Below, piece by piece: positions 36,291 to 50,918 of a DNA stretch of 64,000 nt. The DNA is from Sarea resinae (taxonomy: Eukaryota). The stretch spans positions 62,001 to 126,000 of the forward strand of contig JAPEUD010000066.1 of NCBI GenBank assembly GCA_026026165.1. Direction: 5' to 3'. A program made the position numbers and the translations under genes. The notes beneath the pieces are model-generated. The model saw nothing but the letters and a program-made list of their open reading frames with translations. It made no database searches and was not told the DNA's origin. Every line of letters begins with the position of its first letter. The stretch's first letter is position 1.

Positions 36291-39200
36291 TCAACCTTGA
36301 CTCTGCCATTCCGGATTCTACATGTAGTCAGTATCAATCTGAAGAGAAGGAAGGACGCAGAAATACCTTTCGCAATATGACCAAACCCTCTAATGTACTA
36401 CTCAGACTGATGTACTGCTCATCCTCAAGTTCGGCTCTTTCACCGTATGCGAGTAATACTGGCGTACTCTGGGTTTGCCAGCCAGTGATAGTCTTCGGTC
36501 TTCCGGCCTGTCCAACAACATCTACGGCCTGACCGACCCTCACGTTCACGGTCAGAGGTTTGAGATCCTCATCCAGCGTAACCAGGAACCTTGGGTGCAT
36601 GGCCGTCACCAGGAAGTAGAGAAGATAATGCGAGTCGGCGAGAATGAATTGCTTCGCGTCGATCATAGAGACCAGGACGGTAAGAAGACCAGCGGCAGCC
36701 ACTCGCGACATCACTTGCCTATCAGTGTGAAAGGGGTTGATAGACAATGTTCCTTTTCCCATATGTAGAAGGCCTTGGGCAATACGGACCATGAAAAGGG
36801 AACTCTGATCGCGGTGGTAGTAGCTGGCTAACTGCCTAAGGAGCTGCGCCAACCGTGCGTTATTTGTACCTGCACCTAACAGGCCCATTGCGAAAATTGC
36901 ATTGATGGCGACATCGTTATCATTGTCGTGACTGTATCGAGAAAGAGTATCGTACACCTTCATTTGAGGATTACTCGGGCTGATCAATCCCATAGCTAAA
37001 GGCACGGCTTTCCGGATATTCGGCTCGCCATAATGCATCAGGTGACCAAACTGCCGGAGCACCATCTCTTGTCCGACTTCCTCACCCATCGCAACGAGTG
37101 AGAGACCAAGGACAGCATAGGCTTGCAAGAGCTCATCGCCTTTCTTGTCTTCGCCGTCTTCAATATGATCGTTGCAAATATGAAGGAGCTCCTGTAGTTT
37201 CAAGACGGTTCCAGTACCGGCCCAAGCACACACCTCGGCGAGCACCGCAGCGGGCTTCGCCATTGGATGCTCGATTGCCTTCAAGGTCTCTAGGATAACC
37301 TCGACTTCTTCTTGGCGGCCAAAGAAGAGAAGAGCAAGACCGAGCGCCATGAACCTCGTCCACTTGTCTTTCAACTGGTTCTTCCGATCTTCGTCGAAGA
37401 AAGTTTGAACGATCGCTCCACTGACGTCACTGTTTGATGATCCGACGAATATAAGGCCAAGTGATAAAGCGGCCATAGCGGAAAGTTGCATATCGAGCGT
37501 TGTATCACCAACAATAGGGAGTAAGAGTTCCAGAAGCTCTTCCTTGTTTGACCCAGCATAAGATAGACCGAGTCCCATGATGGATGCCATTCTGATCGGT
37601 ACACTTTTGCTTTCAAGATTGTCTGGGTCGCTCAGGAGAGCCATTGCAGGGTCTGAGTCGATCCGCACGCCAGAGTTCAAAATGCCGATTGCAAGCATGG
37701 CACCAGCCTTGACATGATCCTCTTTGATGTAGGTATACTTGTCGATGTTGTCGAGACCGTTTTCGACGTCCCATTGCAGGAGCATACCCATGGAGGCGGT
37801 GGTTGACATCATTCCTGTCATATTCATTATGCGTTAGGGCCTAGGACGTAGCAGATTATAATACTATCGACTGACCTTCTTCCTTCGTTTTCCACACCCA
37901 ACTACTCTGATCCCCTTCCACGAGCATCATCTTATCATTACCAAATCCAGCATTAGCAAAGGCGTTGACGAACGCACTCGCCAGATTGTGCCTCGCAGAG
38001 TCAACATTTGTCAAGCCCGCCACTCTACTACTCTCCAGATGGCTTTTATAGATATCTTCCGTAGTTTTCGGTTCCAGAATATTCAACTCCTTCGCTAAAG
38101 ATTTGAAGTGGTCAGTCAACTTTGTATTGTTGAGGCACTCAGCGATCTCTTGGTCTTCTTCAGTATCCGTTGGGAGATCCAACCAAATCTGTTGTCGAGC
38201 AATAAGAAAAGCCATCTGTTCTTTCACAGCTTTATCCGGGGTGGAGTTGAAGTCGCTTAGGATCAATTCGACATCGTTGAGGCGAATCGCAAGCACAATG
38301 GCCTGAGTTAGCTGCTTATATTGCTTGTATATGTCATGAGCTGTTCGCAGAAATTGTTGGTCTTCCGGGTAAGTCAACAAATTAACCATGCTTCTGCAGT
38401 TAGCATGGCATAGATAACGGAAAGATGGCCACATTCAAACAGGTACACTAACCTGACCATATAGAGGCACACTCGCGCGTAAGTATTCTCATCCAGGTAT
38501 TGGGGAATCTCTTCAATGATCTCCAGCTCGCTAAGGATATCGACAGCATCTGCCTCGGCATTGTGGCTCAGGAAGAACGGGACAAAAGACCGAGCAAGGT
38601 CAATTAGATCCTGGTAGGGCTGTTCATCAGTCAAGCGCTTTTGGTACTCTTGACCGATTTCCAGAGCAAGATGTCGGACATATTCATGGCCCCAGGAGCC
38701 CAGATCTTCCGAAGGCGCTAGAAGGCGATATTTAAGAGTGTCTAATCGGTCTTCGTCCGAGTAGGTCATCCCTAGTACAGAGAGGACGTCTGCCAAAGAG
38801 TTCTTTGGTCCCATCAGCCAAGTATGCATTTACAAACTGGAGATTTCATACCTTGTTCTCGCCCAGAGGCCATTTCTCGTATGTTTCCGTCAGCTTGTCG
38901 TAGTGTGGTCGAAGGAACTTCAGAGGTTTTGGTACAGCGGTCATAGACGACGTCGAAGTTTTGATGAAATTCTTGATGGCTTCCAGCGCTGGTTTGTATA
39001 AGCTCGTATCTGACTCCTTTTAAGATGACCGATCAGCGCTTCTTCGGAATGAGGACAGATTTTCAGTTCTCCCCATACCTGTAGCCGCTCCACCAACATA
39101 TCAAGCTCATTCTTTAGCTGTTGGTCTTCTTCATTCAGTTCCTCTACGAGAAAGATATCAGCTATATTTTCGAACAACACGTAAAGTACCAGTATAAGAG

Positions 39201-39395
39201 TGATGGCACGCCCTATATGAAACGTAGCTACTCACCTTCCGGCGCGGGCTCTGCTTTCAGCCCATCCTTGATTAACTTCCCTTGGTTGTCTCTCTTTTGT
39301 TCCTGTAACGACTGATTTCCCTCCGAGCCTCCAGACTCAGTAGCCTTAGCCTTGCCCTTGTCAGATGCCGTGGGTCTCTCATCGTCGGCCGCCAT
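36291..39395 (-). CDS. RPN1: 26S proteasome regulatory subunit Rpn1; multiple introns
   Basis: [52 protein letters not shown] repeats, [24 protein letters not shown]. Last exon NPEWQSQG*. Confidence 0.97.
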
Positions 39396-40122
39396 TGTGA
39401 CGCCTAAGCTAGCTCTAGTGAGGCGAAACGAATTGTTGAATGACGGCAAGACCAGAGACCGTTGACTAAAGAAGACCTTCGAACTCTGTGATACTCCAGG
39501 AAGCTTTGGACGACTATGAGACAAAGATCGATTGATGTGATAGCCTTAGATTGACGAAGGCTGAGTTTGTAAGGTAGGTCTGTAGGCAGTAGGAGGTATG
39601 TAAGGTAGTGATTGTAATGTGAGGTAGTAGCCTGGAGGTGAGGCAGGTAGTAGGTTACGAAATACTTTCGTACCTACATTACTCCGAGTACATACCTAGA
39701 ACACTGTACCTAGGTACCTTACCCATCTCAGGGCTGCTAGCTTCACTTTGACATTGGCGACGTACGAGGTACAAACATTCAGAGGTACTTCTTATACATA
39801 GTGACCTAGTTCCATGTCATCCAGATTCAAGGTTGGATCCTCGGTCACCGTAATGCCTTTCCGGAAATACTTTACACCGCTCTCGCTCGGAATCATGAGG
39901 TGGTTCCAGTTCCATGCACTGTATTGTAGTACACCTAGTACTAGAAATTCCAGATCAGAGCAACGTTGAGATTTACCAGTCACGACAGGCGGACCATTTC
40001 GCCTCAACCACTGGAACTCACTGATATTCACTGAAATTCGATTTCTCCCTGTTCGAATTTGAATGATTCTTCAGTTACTCACTCTAGCGCAGCATATTCT
40101 ACCGTAGTGCGGTAATCTCATC

Positions 40123-41498
40123 ATGAAGTTGGATACACGCGCCATACGCTACCTCACTTCCGAGGATTGGAGGGTCTTGACAGCGGTCAGTCTCCCTGAA
40201 CAATTCATTGACTGGGCACGGTCAGAGGATCTTTGGGCTAACTTGAGAGGTGTGTCCTAGGTTGAGATGGGTAGTAAGAATCATGAAGTCGTACCCACGC
40301 CGCTTATCGGCCAGATTTCCGGTCTGCGCGGCGGGACTGGCGTCCACAAATGTATATCCAACCTGGCAAAGGTTGGCTTAATCGCGAAAGTCAAGAACGC
40401 CAAGTGTGAGTTAATGCTATCTACCATAAGAGTACGTCCCTAGCAACTAATAAACGGCATGTAATTCCAGATGATGGATACCGCTTGACTTACGGTGGAT
40501 TGGATTATTTGGCACTCAACACCTACCGCAAGCGTAAAGACGTCTACTCCGTGGGGAATCAGATTGGTGTTGGCAAGGAATCCGATATCTACGTTGTTTC
40601 AGATGAAAGGGGTGTTCAACGTGTGCTCAAAATTCACAGACTCGGTCGGATATCTTTTCGCACCGTCAAAGCCAATCGCGACTATTTACGAAATCGATCG
40701 TCGGGTTCCTGGATGTACATGTCCCGGCTTGCCGCTCTCAAGGAGTACTCATTCATGAAAGCTCTACGGGCGAACGGTTTCCCTGTCCCGGAGCCCTTGG
40801 CTCAATCCCGCCATACCTTGGTCATGTCCTTGATAGATGCCTTTCCCCTACGGCAGATATCTTCGGTACCAGACCCTGCCTCCCTCTATGCCGACCTTAT
40901 AGGCATTATTCTCAGGCTTGCGGAGCATGGCCTAATCCACGGCGATTTCAATGAATTCAACTTGTTGATTGAAGAGAAGTCGCAGCCACTTGCCGATGAA
41001 GATTCAAAAAGCCCTCCCAGAGTTTTACTCACTCCCATCTTGATCGATTTTCCACAGATGGTGTCTATCGATCACACCAACGCTGAGATGTACTTCGACC
41101 GTGATGTTAACTGCATAAAGCGATTCTTCGAGCGACGGTTCCATTTTGTCAGTGACGAATCGGGACCCTTCTTCTCCGATGCGCGAGGCCAGGCTAGCAG
41201 AGGCGGGAGAAAGAGACTAGACGTAGAAGTCGAGGCTTCTGGATTTTCGAAAAAGATGGCCAGAGAGCTAGAAGCATATATGAAGCAGGTAGAGGCCACC
41301 AGCGGCGAAACAGCCAGCTCTGACGGCGAGAAGGATAGCAATGAGGATGATTGCGATCAGGCTTCGCGATTAGTGGAAAATAGGTCTCCTGGTTGTATCG
41401 AGCAGGAGGATGGGAGCCTTGGCATTGATTCCGTCGACAGACAACTGGCATACGATGCTTCGAATAAGTTATCTCTGACTTCGTTAGAGCAGACTTAG
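40123..41498 (+). CDS. RIO2: Atypical Ser/Thr kinase Rio2 (pre-40S maturation); 2 introns
   Basis: MKLDTRAIRYL..DWRVLTA|VEMGSKNHEVVP, GYRLTYGGLDYLAL, IGVGKESDIY, HGDFNEFN and IDFPQMVS. Confidence 0.97.
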
Positions 41499-42049
41499 CG
41501 AGCATCAACAGACCAAAAATACGAATGGGATATTAGCACACAGGTTTGATTTACCGGCGATCGTTGCCGTGTGATGCACTCAAAACAAAGGAGGGGAACT
41601 CCTCGCATGTGACATTGAGCATTTCAATCGTGAGATAGACAGAGGGCTTTATAGAAGCTACATACAGAGCAGCCTGATGCCATGGATAATGACGGGTTTT
41701 TGGTACCATCATGAAACATAGATCCCAGGCGAAGAACTTCGCGTAAGATAAAGCAGATAGGAAACGCTCTCGTGACCTCATTGGTGCTGAAGGTAACTAT
41801 TTCGTCGACGTAGACGAATAGGAAGTAAGAGACAATATCCGTAATAGAGCAATGTAGCAAAAACGAGAAAGATTACAGAATAGTGGCGGCAGACTGAATC
41901 AAATGGGACCCCGTGCAGCATAAGAGTATATTCTTTTTACCAGGCCACAATACCACCAGCCCTGCCTAGATATATTCTGGATACGGGACAGCAACACGCT
42001 GGCAGTCCTCGGTCGCGGACAGCTTTGTGCAGTGAAGAACGATAGCCGA

Positions 42050-44202
42050 TCAAGTATGTGAGATCGAGCTCGTAGAGGAACAAGCATCGTCCGCAGCCGC
42101 AGTTGCGCGTACGGACTGGCACTCAACGTCATTTCCATCGGCCGAATCGAAGCTTTCCGGGGCGGCAGTATCGTGGACCGTTGTCTCCCCTTCGGCAAAG
42201 TAGCTTGAATGTTCAACTCGCAAATGGTTGGAGGGTTCCTGAGCTCCGGAAGGTCCACGGATTGATTTGGCTTGCTCTGGTTGAAAGGTGGCCTTTCCGC
42301 CGTTTGAGTGGCCGTTGGGTTGAGAGTGAGCGGTTGGCGGCTCTAGTCCGGGCGCGCTAAAACTTGAATTAGAAAGCAGGGTCTGTTTACACTGATAGCT
42401 GAGCATCGAGAGCTTACCTCGGAGATCCGGGCTGATAAGCTACCCATTCGGCGCCTGCTAGAGGAATACGTGCGTTCACTGGTAAATTGGTTGGAGATGG
42501 TGCATATTGAAATTGAGTAGCCCCCCCGTATACTACTGCGTTGTACTCGTACGTACGCAATTGACGGTTGGTGCTCGTCTTGTCTTTCAGTTGCTTTTGG
42601 TCCGGAGTATCTGCGTATCTGATCTGGATGTGGTCACCATCTTCGCCGATGGGTTGACCATTCATTATCGAGATTATGACATCGCATATGTCCCTGCTCT
42701 CGAATCTATTTTGCGTTAGCCTTGACTACCAAACGATGTCGTCCTCTATGTACCGTGCAAAGCCGACACCGCGACTGATTCCATTCGTATCACGTAGGAT
42801 ACGGCTCGATACGACTTTGTAGTCGCCAAAGAACGTTCCAAGTTCCTACCAGGTTAGCAAATCACCAATGAACAACCGCAGCAAACTCACTGATTCATTC
42901 CAGCTCCTGGGAAGATTTGACACGTAGAGATTGGTCGAGTCCGGATCGCCTAAAGTCTTCAAGCGAGCATTGAAGGATTCCTGAGGTGTGTGAGCAATGT
43001 TGGTCGACTTGAGACTCCGTGATCGACCCACCTTAGCAAAACTGACTTCATATCCTAATTGAAAGAAACCGCGGATGCAGTTTTCGGCGTCGGAAAAATT
43101 GAAGAAGCGCACAAAACCGAAGCTGGAGAGTCTTTAGCGATATTGCCGCTTCAATTGCAAATTAGTCTCGTACTTACCCTTTGCAGCGATTAGTGTCCAA
43201 GTCGACGATAGCTTTGACACTGTCGATTCTTCCGAATCTCGATGCCCACCGTTCGAGCATTGTATCAGTGCTGACAGGCAGAAGTCCGCGGATGTAGACA
43301 TTGGTAGTTCCAAGAGGGTTCTGCAGGCTTCTTTCCAGGGTCCTAATACCAGGACTAGAAGGTGCCGGGACAGCTCTTGGGATGGGCGGGTCCATCTGTG
43401 TCACAGCGCTGATATCGAGGTATGTATATTGCTCATTCGGTACCTTACACACGAGTGGCCTGGCACAGGACTGAGACAAGTGAGGTGGCGACGGGGTGCT
43501 GTAAGCATACGCACTGACCGGTGAACGATCCTCAACGGCCACAGTAGCGTGATAATCGCCACGGTAACTGGTTCCGAATGACGGGGTACCTGGTGCGTCA
43601 TTCTCATTTGAAGATCTGGAACCACGGCGAGGGGGCACTAGGCTTGGAATGTCGCTAGCAAGTGCTTGGGGTGCTATCCAGCCCTGAGCTTGCGAAGACA
43701 CGGCCAGAACGGGCTGTCCGGGCATGTATCCTTGATAGCTGTTTGCCTGAGCCAGAAAAGATGGAGCTGAAGGGTTTTGAGCCGTCGCAGTTCGGAATAC
43801 GCCACCTTGAGATGCCATTGCTGATTGCTGAGGATAGACGCCAGTAAACATAAGTCGTCCATCGGGAAGGACAAAAGCAGTTCCAAGCGACTGAGCTACA
43901 CGAAGTCCGGTTGGATCTGGGACAGTGGGAGCTAGATTCGCAGCTTCCGGCTTTCCATAATTGCCATTAGGCTGCCCATGCATATGAAAGCCAGCAAAAG
44001 CTCGCTCGGCCGCTGCAACATCAGGGTCTAGGACTGGATGATGAGTTCCTGGGGATGAGGATTGTGGGAAATTCTGGCCACGAGCATTGCTCTGGAGTCC
44101 GTACTGGGGGTAATGCGGTCCAAGCATTGTTCCGTTGATGCTACTTCCTAGGCCGTGACTCTGGTAATCTCTTGAGGCCCTATTGCTGTAGAATTGCATC
44201 AT
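42050..44202 (-). CDS. Two-RRM RNA-binding protein of the MSSP/RBMS - Spo5/Rim4-like family; at least 5 introns; 5' end uncertain
   Basis: RRM1: TNVYIRGL...CKG|FGFVRF...YEVSFAK. RRM2: TNLYVSNLP...SRILRD..GISRGVGFAR|FE...IQIRYADT. Long P/S/Q/G-rich N-terminus. All introns splice in frame to the stop at 42050. Confidence 0.85.
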
Positions 44203-47200
44203 GTACTAGACTTCTCATGGTGAGGTTAGCGAACTCCATGCAGCATAGAAAGATCTCGGGGTTTGTAAGCTTGCGAGGGGAATCCGACATGGTGCCCGAG
44301 GCCAGCAGGCCAAGAGGTACAAGATCTTTGGGTTTAGGATTCTATGCACAAGATACGTGAACAATAATGAGAACAACATCAAAGAAAATAAGATAGGTAG
44401 CTCCAATGTAAGCGATTTCTCGCGTGTTCCCAAGTTGGAACTCGAAGGCCATGTTTCCTTCAACGTTCGATGTCATCTCAGACAGAGGAATGACTTACAC
44501 AACGCGGTCCAGCGACGCCTGATGTGGGGGTGCTAGAAGCTCGTGATCCTGGACTTTGTAAGCTTTGGATAGGATACAGACGCGCACGCTCAACGTCAGA
44601 GCTGAAAATTATTTTCGGAGAGATTTTTAGGTCTGTGCAAGAGGGGGTTGGGCCATGAAACAATCATACTCAAGCTTACTTATCGTAGAAAAGAAGTTCA
44701 CCGGCACTTCAGAATTGGCCAGATTATTCCGTGGCCTTGAGCAGGAGGATGCAGAAAGTAATTTAGAAATGGCGAGCAGCCGCGTAGACTGAGTGAAGGA
44801 CTCTAGCAACTTGTTTGAAAGCGAGCGAAAGCTGCGAAGAATGTAGGAAGAAGCTCAGTTGCCAGCGGATAGTGAAAGACGAGAAAAGTCGAGGTGAGGA
44901 TGTTGTGAATTTGTGGAGTGTGTCGGGAGGAACTCAATAGTGGAAGGCGAAATAAATAAACGACCACACGACGTCAGATGGAAGTAGTCAGTTCATTGGG
45001 CAAAAGCTTGTACGGACAAGTACACAGTAAGTCAGGTAGGAGCCTATGAAAATACTAGTAGTAACAGAGGTCAAAGGCAAGATCGTAGGCACGAGGAAGC
45101 AATAGAAGGCGATAGAAGGCGCGCGGCACTACATCTGGTGTCCCGTCCGATTTTATAAATTCCTTCTCACAACGCGACCTCGATAGCATCGAGAAGGAAG
45201 TTTCAAGGCCTGAACAGCAGTAATCTCCCGGTGCTTGACGGAGGTAGCTTCAGTCTATCACCTAGGGAGACCGCACCAAAGATACCTGGTAGGTAAGCAT
45301 CCACTCCGGGGAGTCTGCAGAGGAGCTCTGCAGTAGTAGGATTATTGTGAGTATTATATGTGAGATCTAGAGTGCGTAACCAAGGCGCAGGTGGTCAACC
45401 ACCTTGGATCCCGATGAATGCAGTAGTAACGCCTTCGTATAAAGACGGGGCAGGCAGGTAGGTAGGTAGGGGGTAGAGGTGTTAGTAGTCAGGTCACTGA
45501 TGTTGAGTAAGTATTTACGGTGCACTTATCAATTTCAATAATGAATCGACGCTCCAAACATCATATTTCCCAGAACGCTGCAGCGACTTCCCCCGGGGGG
45601 GGGTCTTGCTTACAACAGTCAAGAGAGCAGCCAGAAGGACAGCCAGTTTTGTGCGTGCAGGAGGAGGCTTCGACCCGACTCGCGTCCATCCTCCTTCGCC
45701 GTTGTTACGTGCAGCAGCGAAAGCCATTCCAGGACTCCCCTGTTATCTCTACTGTCCTTGCCTTCTGCCCGGTCTCTTCTCTTCCCTGCGTTCCATTGTA
45801 GCGATTGAAGGCGTGTTCTTCATACGAGGGAAATGACTCGATCTACCTATGCCTCCAACCGAGTACTGGGCCACGTTGCCTTGGCTCGTCCCTTGCATTA
45901 CCCGGCCTGTTTGCTAAGAGACAGAAGTGCGACGGAGTACTTGTACGAAGTACCTCGTACGCAGTACATCCGTGGATCCATTCTTTTTGCCGTCCTCTTG
46001 CCGTCGTTAGTCCCGATCCTGCTCGTAACAGATAGGGTTGGAAGTACGAAGTACGAAGACGGAGATAACGTAGCAGGGATTCGTTCCCGACGACAAGATT
46101 TGATAGCTTTTTCTTTTCTATCATATCATGGCCCGAAAGGTGTTCGTGGATGTTTTTCTTGATTCATCACAAAACTGTGCTTGGCGAGAGGCTAAGCACT
46201 ATTTTACTCTTCTGCATGGTAGATACTACCTAGCCAAGAGACTTACCGTTGACTACGAGTACTCCGGAGTAGAGAGGTCCATAGGTAAGGTAGGTAGATC
46301 CCGGTTGACCAGAATTGCATCGATAGCAGAGAGCAGCCCGAGGCCCTTACACAAACTCGATGTACAGAAAGACATCTACATATCAATGATTTAAAAGTTC
46401 TCTACCTCTCTCTGCAGTGATTCTCTACAAAGTGGCAGCCGATTGAAAAAAATATGTACATCGAATATAGTAAGCACCCGCAAATCACCTGAACGTAAGA
46501 TAGTTCAGGCAAATGTCAACTCGAAGCTATCTAAATCTAGCATCTAACAACCTAGGTAGATACGTACTAACCTTATGTTAGGATACCTTATAATTATAAA
46601 CACCTAGAGACGCCTAATTTAGCGATCGAAGAAGGTAAACAGCAGACAGTCCAAAGTCAATCGAATATATCCACGGCACCTAGCCTTTGAAAGTCTAAGC
46701 AAAACACGACGTATGTACCTACCTAGGTAGCTCTCCACGCGCTCGTACGTCGAAAACCTTTGAATAAGGACATGGATGACTGCGCGTCATCAAAGCCACC
46801 AAATTAGTAGTACCTACTGATATCTACTCCGTACATGGTAAGGTATCTCCCAGGTACCAGAAGGGAACCCAAGTGATGTAGGTATCTACAGAGTACTCCG
46901 TAAGTGAGGTAGATACTTCTTGCTTCGTAGAGGCAGAATGCAGCTATACCCTGAGTACCGAGGTACCTACCTTATCTCAGACATCTCACTTAAGAGACTC
47001 TAGAGGTCGCATTTGTGATCTCTCTTTCGACCGTCAATGATCCCTGCGGTACAAAACCCTTGTAAGTAGAGCGGGCCGGCTCAACCTTGATCTACCTAAG
47101 GAGTAATAGAGGACCTACTTACTTACAGCCCTAGAGGATTAAAGCTTGTCGTCTAGGACAGCTTCAGCTATGTTTGCTTTAGTTGCACGGCAATACTCGA

Positions 47201-48763
47201 GTGTCCTTATACTACCTTAGTGTACAGATCTCGTTGATGCAATGCCGATCAGATACAGAGTAGATAAAAGCTAGTCTCCTACCTTAAGGTACCTACTGCG
47301 AACATATTTAAGGTACTCGGGGTAATAGAGACAGTATTTGATCTCAGATACTTTAATAGATATATATCTCTATCAGCAATATCTCTATCATAAGGTATTG
47401 ACGGACTGTATACATATCCGGACGCTACCTCCTTTAGTATGCTAAAGTAGGTACCTTACCTACCTTAATGTCAGGGGACCTAACAGAATATCGGGCACTG
47501 AGATACTTTGTACCTCATCACTGTAACTAAGGTATCTCATTGCGCGTGTGATCTCCCACACTCCGGAGTAAAGATACCTACTAGGTAGATAGTTGAGATA
47601 CTTCTCCGTACTATGACATATACCCAAGGTACCTTACCTTCTGTACCTCTGTGTAGATCTATTCTTCCTAAGGGCTCAAATACCCCGTTTTGTACTCCCG
47701 CATGATGGGTACCCCTCGCTCAAGCAGAAAGGAAGATCCCGGAATTTTAATCTCAAACTCTCACGCGGGGAAGGACCGCCTGCATCCGACATCCGCTGTT
47801 AAGCCATCGAGTGTTTTGGCCTAGGAGGCAAGGGATTCTCATAGTCACTACAAGTAGATCAATAACTTGGTAAGGTAGCCGGCTCACCTTTAGCCTACAC
47901 AATTAGCAAGAACGTAGCATCCTCCTAGCTTTATCGCAGGTTAACGAGCACGAAGTGATACTTCTATTTTATTTGTTAAGAGTCCAGAATCATTATTACA
48001 TACCTACCTAGGTAGATTGTGAAGGCAATGGCTTTTCGCTTCGGTACAAAGAGCAGCATATAGGTACTGTTGTGGCTGCTTCGCGAATTTGCTGTAGATG
48101 TCCTAGAAGAAAGACAGCTTAACGGGAATTACAATTTAAGTCTATACTAGATTTTACGTTTCCTCGAGGTAACTCAAGTAGTTACCTGCTGTACTTTTTG
48201 TATATAGCGATAGACGGTCATAGTAGTACTACATATATAATTCAACGTGAAACATTGTTGATATGCAATGGTTAAACATCCTCCCTGTATTGCACTCTAT
48301 TTTATAATGTAGTCATCACATTGGATGTCACTTTGTCAGCCTAGAGCGAATAAGAAAGAGCTAATAGGGATCCTAATTATTAGAAGTACCTTTGAAAGCT
48401 ACCTTACCTTGTTAAAAGGGTCCTAGTGCCTCTTAGGGACGGCAATCTATTTCGTGAGAAGGCACAAATCTATTAGCAGCTAGGAATAATTCCCAAAAAA
48501 TCATAATGGGGAAAGAAAGAACTATGCATGCCCCTCATACTATTCGCAAGGATGATGAAAGCTAGAAAGAACGATCGAACGCTGATGACCAATTGTTCGA
48601 TTGAAGCCAAGCTTACTTTCAGCAAACGTGTTGTCCAAGATCATGGCAAAATGAAGGCTTAAATAAAGACTCTCGGTCGCAGGAAATATATAAAGCTCCT
48701 GAAAATGTGCAATTGAAGTGGAGACGAAGGAACCAATTTCCACCAAGACACAAAGATATCTGA

Positions 48764-50918
48764 TCAAGACCAGACATCCTCCTGGTACTGATTAGCAGCT
48801 CGCATAGCCTTGACGATCTCTTCTCCCTTGGATTCCGGGATCCCTCTTCGCTCTGAAAGGATCTTAGCCACCACTGAGTTCACCTCTTTCGCCATATTGG
48901 CCGCATCGCCACACACATAAAAGTAGGCCTTCTGCTCCAACAATTCATTCACCAGCTTTGCATATTCTTTGAGCCTGTGCTGGACATAAACTTTCTGTGG
49001 GCCTTCTCTTGAGAAGGCGGTCACGAGCTCGAAATTTTCACCAAGAGCATCCTTATAGCTCTAGAGGAATATCATCATTAGCTCAGGATATCGGTCAAAG
49101 CCATAGCCAGTTACATGGAGCGGGCCTTACCGGCCATTCATCCCGGTATAAAAAGTCTTCGTCATTCCGCCGACATCCGAAAAACAAAACCGTTTTGCCG
49201 ACCTGCTGTCCTGCCTTTGCTTGGGCAGCTCGTTCTTGCACAAAGGCCCTGAATGGAGCCACACCAGTGCCTGGTCCAACCATAATGATAGGTTTCGAAG
49301 CGTCGGATGGCAATTTGAAATTTGAATGGCGGACATGCACAGGCACATGGATGCCATCATACTTGTTCCGAGGCCCAGTGATTGCATACGTTAAGCCATG
49401 AGGGTCGGGTTCGGGATCGCCATGTTGTTTCTGTTTCAGAGCAAGAAGATAATTGGTAGTGACACCTTTGACGACGTGAGGCGCGCCAGGGATCTGAAGC
49501 GACTCTACTATTGCAGTAATGGAGATCCTATCTTTCTGCACCAGTGAAGATGACGAGATCGAGTAGAATCGAGGCTGGATCTTATGTATGCCTTCCATGA
49601 GGAGGGAAAATGGAACGGCAGACCAAGTCTGCTTTCCCCCAATAATCTCGAGGGCCTGAGCGATGTTGAGATAACGGTTGGCTATCCTTTCATGAAAATA
49701 ATCCTTGTCATTGCCTAGCCTCGTCATCTCAGCCTTGATGTCCTCGCTGGGAGCGAATTGGGCTAAGCTAGACATGAACTGTCGCGAGACTGGTGCACAT
49801 ATCTCCAAGTGATACCGGATGGCAGCATCGTAGGTTGTGGGGGTCGGGAAGTGGACTTTTGCGGTAGGGTCGAGCCCCTTCGCATTGATGACGGTATGCC
49901 GCTTATCCATTAGACCGACTACACTCAAGAAGCGATCAACTTCCTTCCCAGCATTTGTCGGCCAGATCGCAATGTGGTCACCAGTCTGATAAGAGAGGTT
50001 GGAGCCGGCGACGTCAATCTCCATGTGGAGACAATTTCGATCTTTGACTGTAAACAACTCACGAGACTCGGCAATGGGAGCAATATGAGGATTATGTGCA
50101 TTATATGGTCCCTTTGAGTTGCCTTCGAGATGATTCTTATTGGGTTCACCCAAGTACACCTGATCGTCGTCGGCATTCAGATCGTCCCTTTCCGTAACAT
50201 CGAAAACTGGTTCGTACGAGGCCTCACGCTCCTCCAGGCCCAAAGTATCGGCTAGGGTAGTCCACATTGACTCCTTCCAAGCCAAGAAGTCTTCTTCCAT
50301 GGTTCCTGCACCGTCGTCGCCTTCGCCTGCTGTTCCAATTCGTCGAGCCCCTAGCTTCTCTAAAGCTCCATTGACACGACGGACCATCGCATTAAAATGC
50401 TCGTAGGTGTTATTCCCCAGGCCAAAAGTAACATATTTCAGATTAGACAGCGGTTGTTCGTCGGTACTACCGCCTTGGCTAAAGGCCACATCGTCTCCAG
50501 TAATGAACTCGTAGAAATCGACGGCGTTGTCGGAAGGCTCACCTTCCCCATACGTTGCCAGCACAAAGATGGCCACTTTGTCCTCCGGGAACGAGTCAAG
50601 ATTTTCATAGTCATATTCCTCGAGGTCGGCGACCATCGTCTTTAATCCGAAGCGGGAATGGCCTTCTTTCGCTAGCCTAGAGGCATAGTCCTCTGCAGTC
50701 CCAGTCTGTGAGCCATAAAAGACGACGCAGTTCTTGTCCAGCGATTCCATCTTCTCGATGATATTCCTAGACGATCCATCTTTAGGACCATTTGCAAGGG
50801 ACAATCCAGCATATGGGTCCTTTGGTAAGCCCCAGTATGTGCCTTTTGTGAAGAAGGCAACCGTTGCCAGCAGGAGGGCAGCCAGCACGAGGATATCGAG
50901 CGTGTCAAGTTGCGCCAT
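48764..50918 (-). CDS. cprA: NADPH-cytochrome P450 reductase (CPR/Ncp1); 1 intron
   Basis: N-terminal TM, FMN motifs (YGSQTGTAE, ATYGEGEP, FGLGNNTYEHFN), RFYSISSS, GPGTGVAPFR, FFGCR, YVCGDA and terminal YQEDVWS*. Confidence 0.97.
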
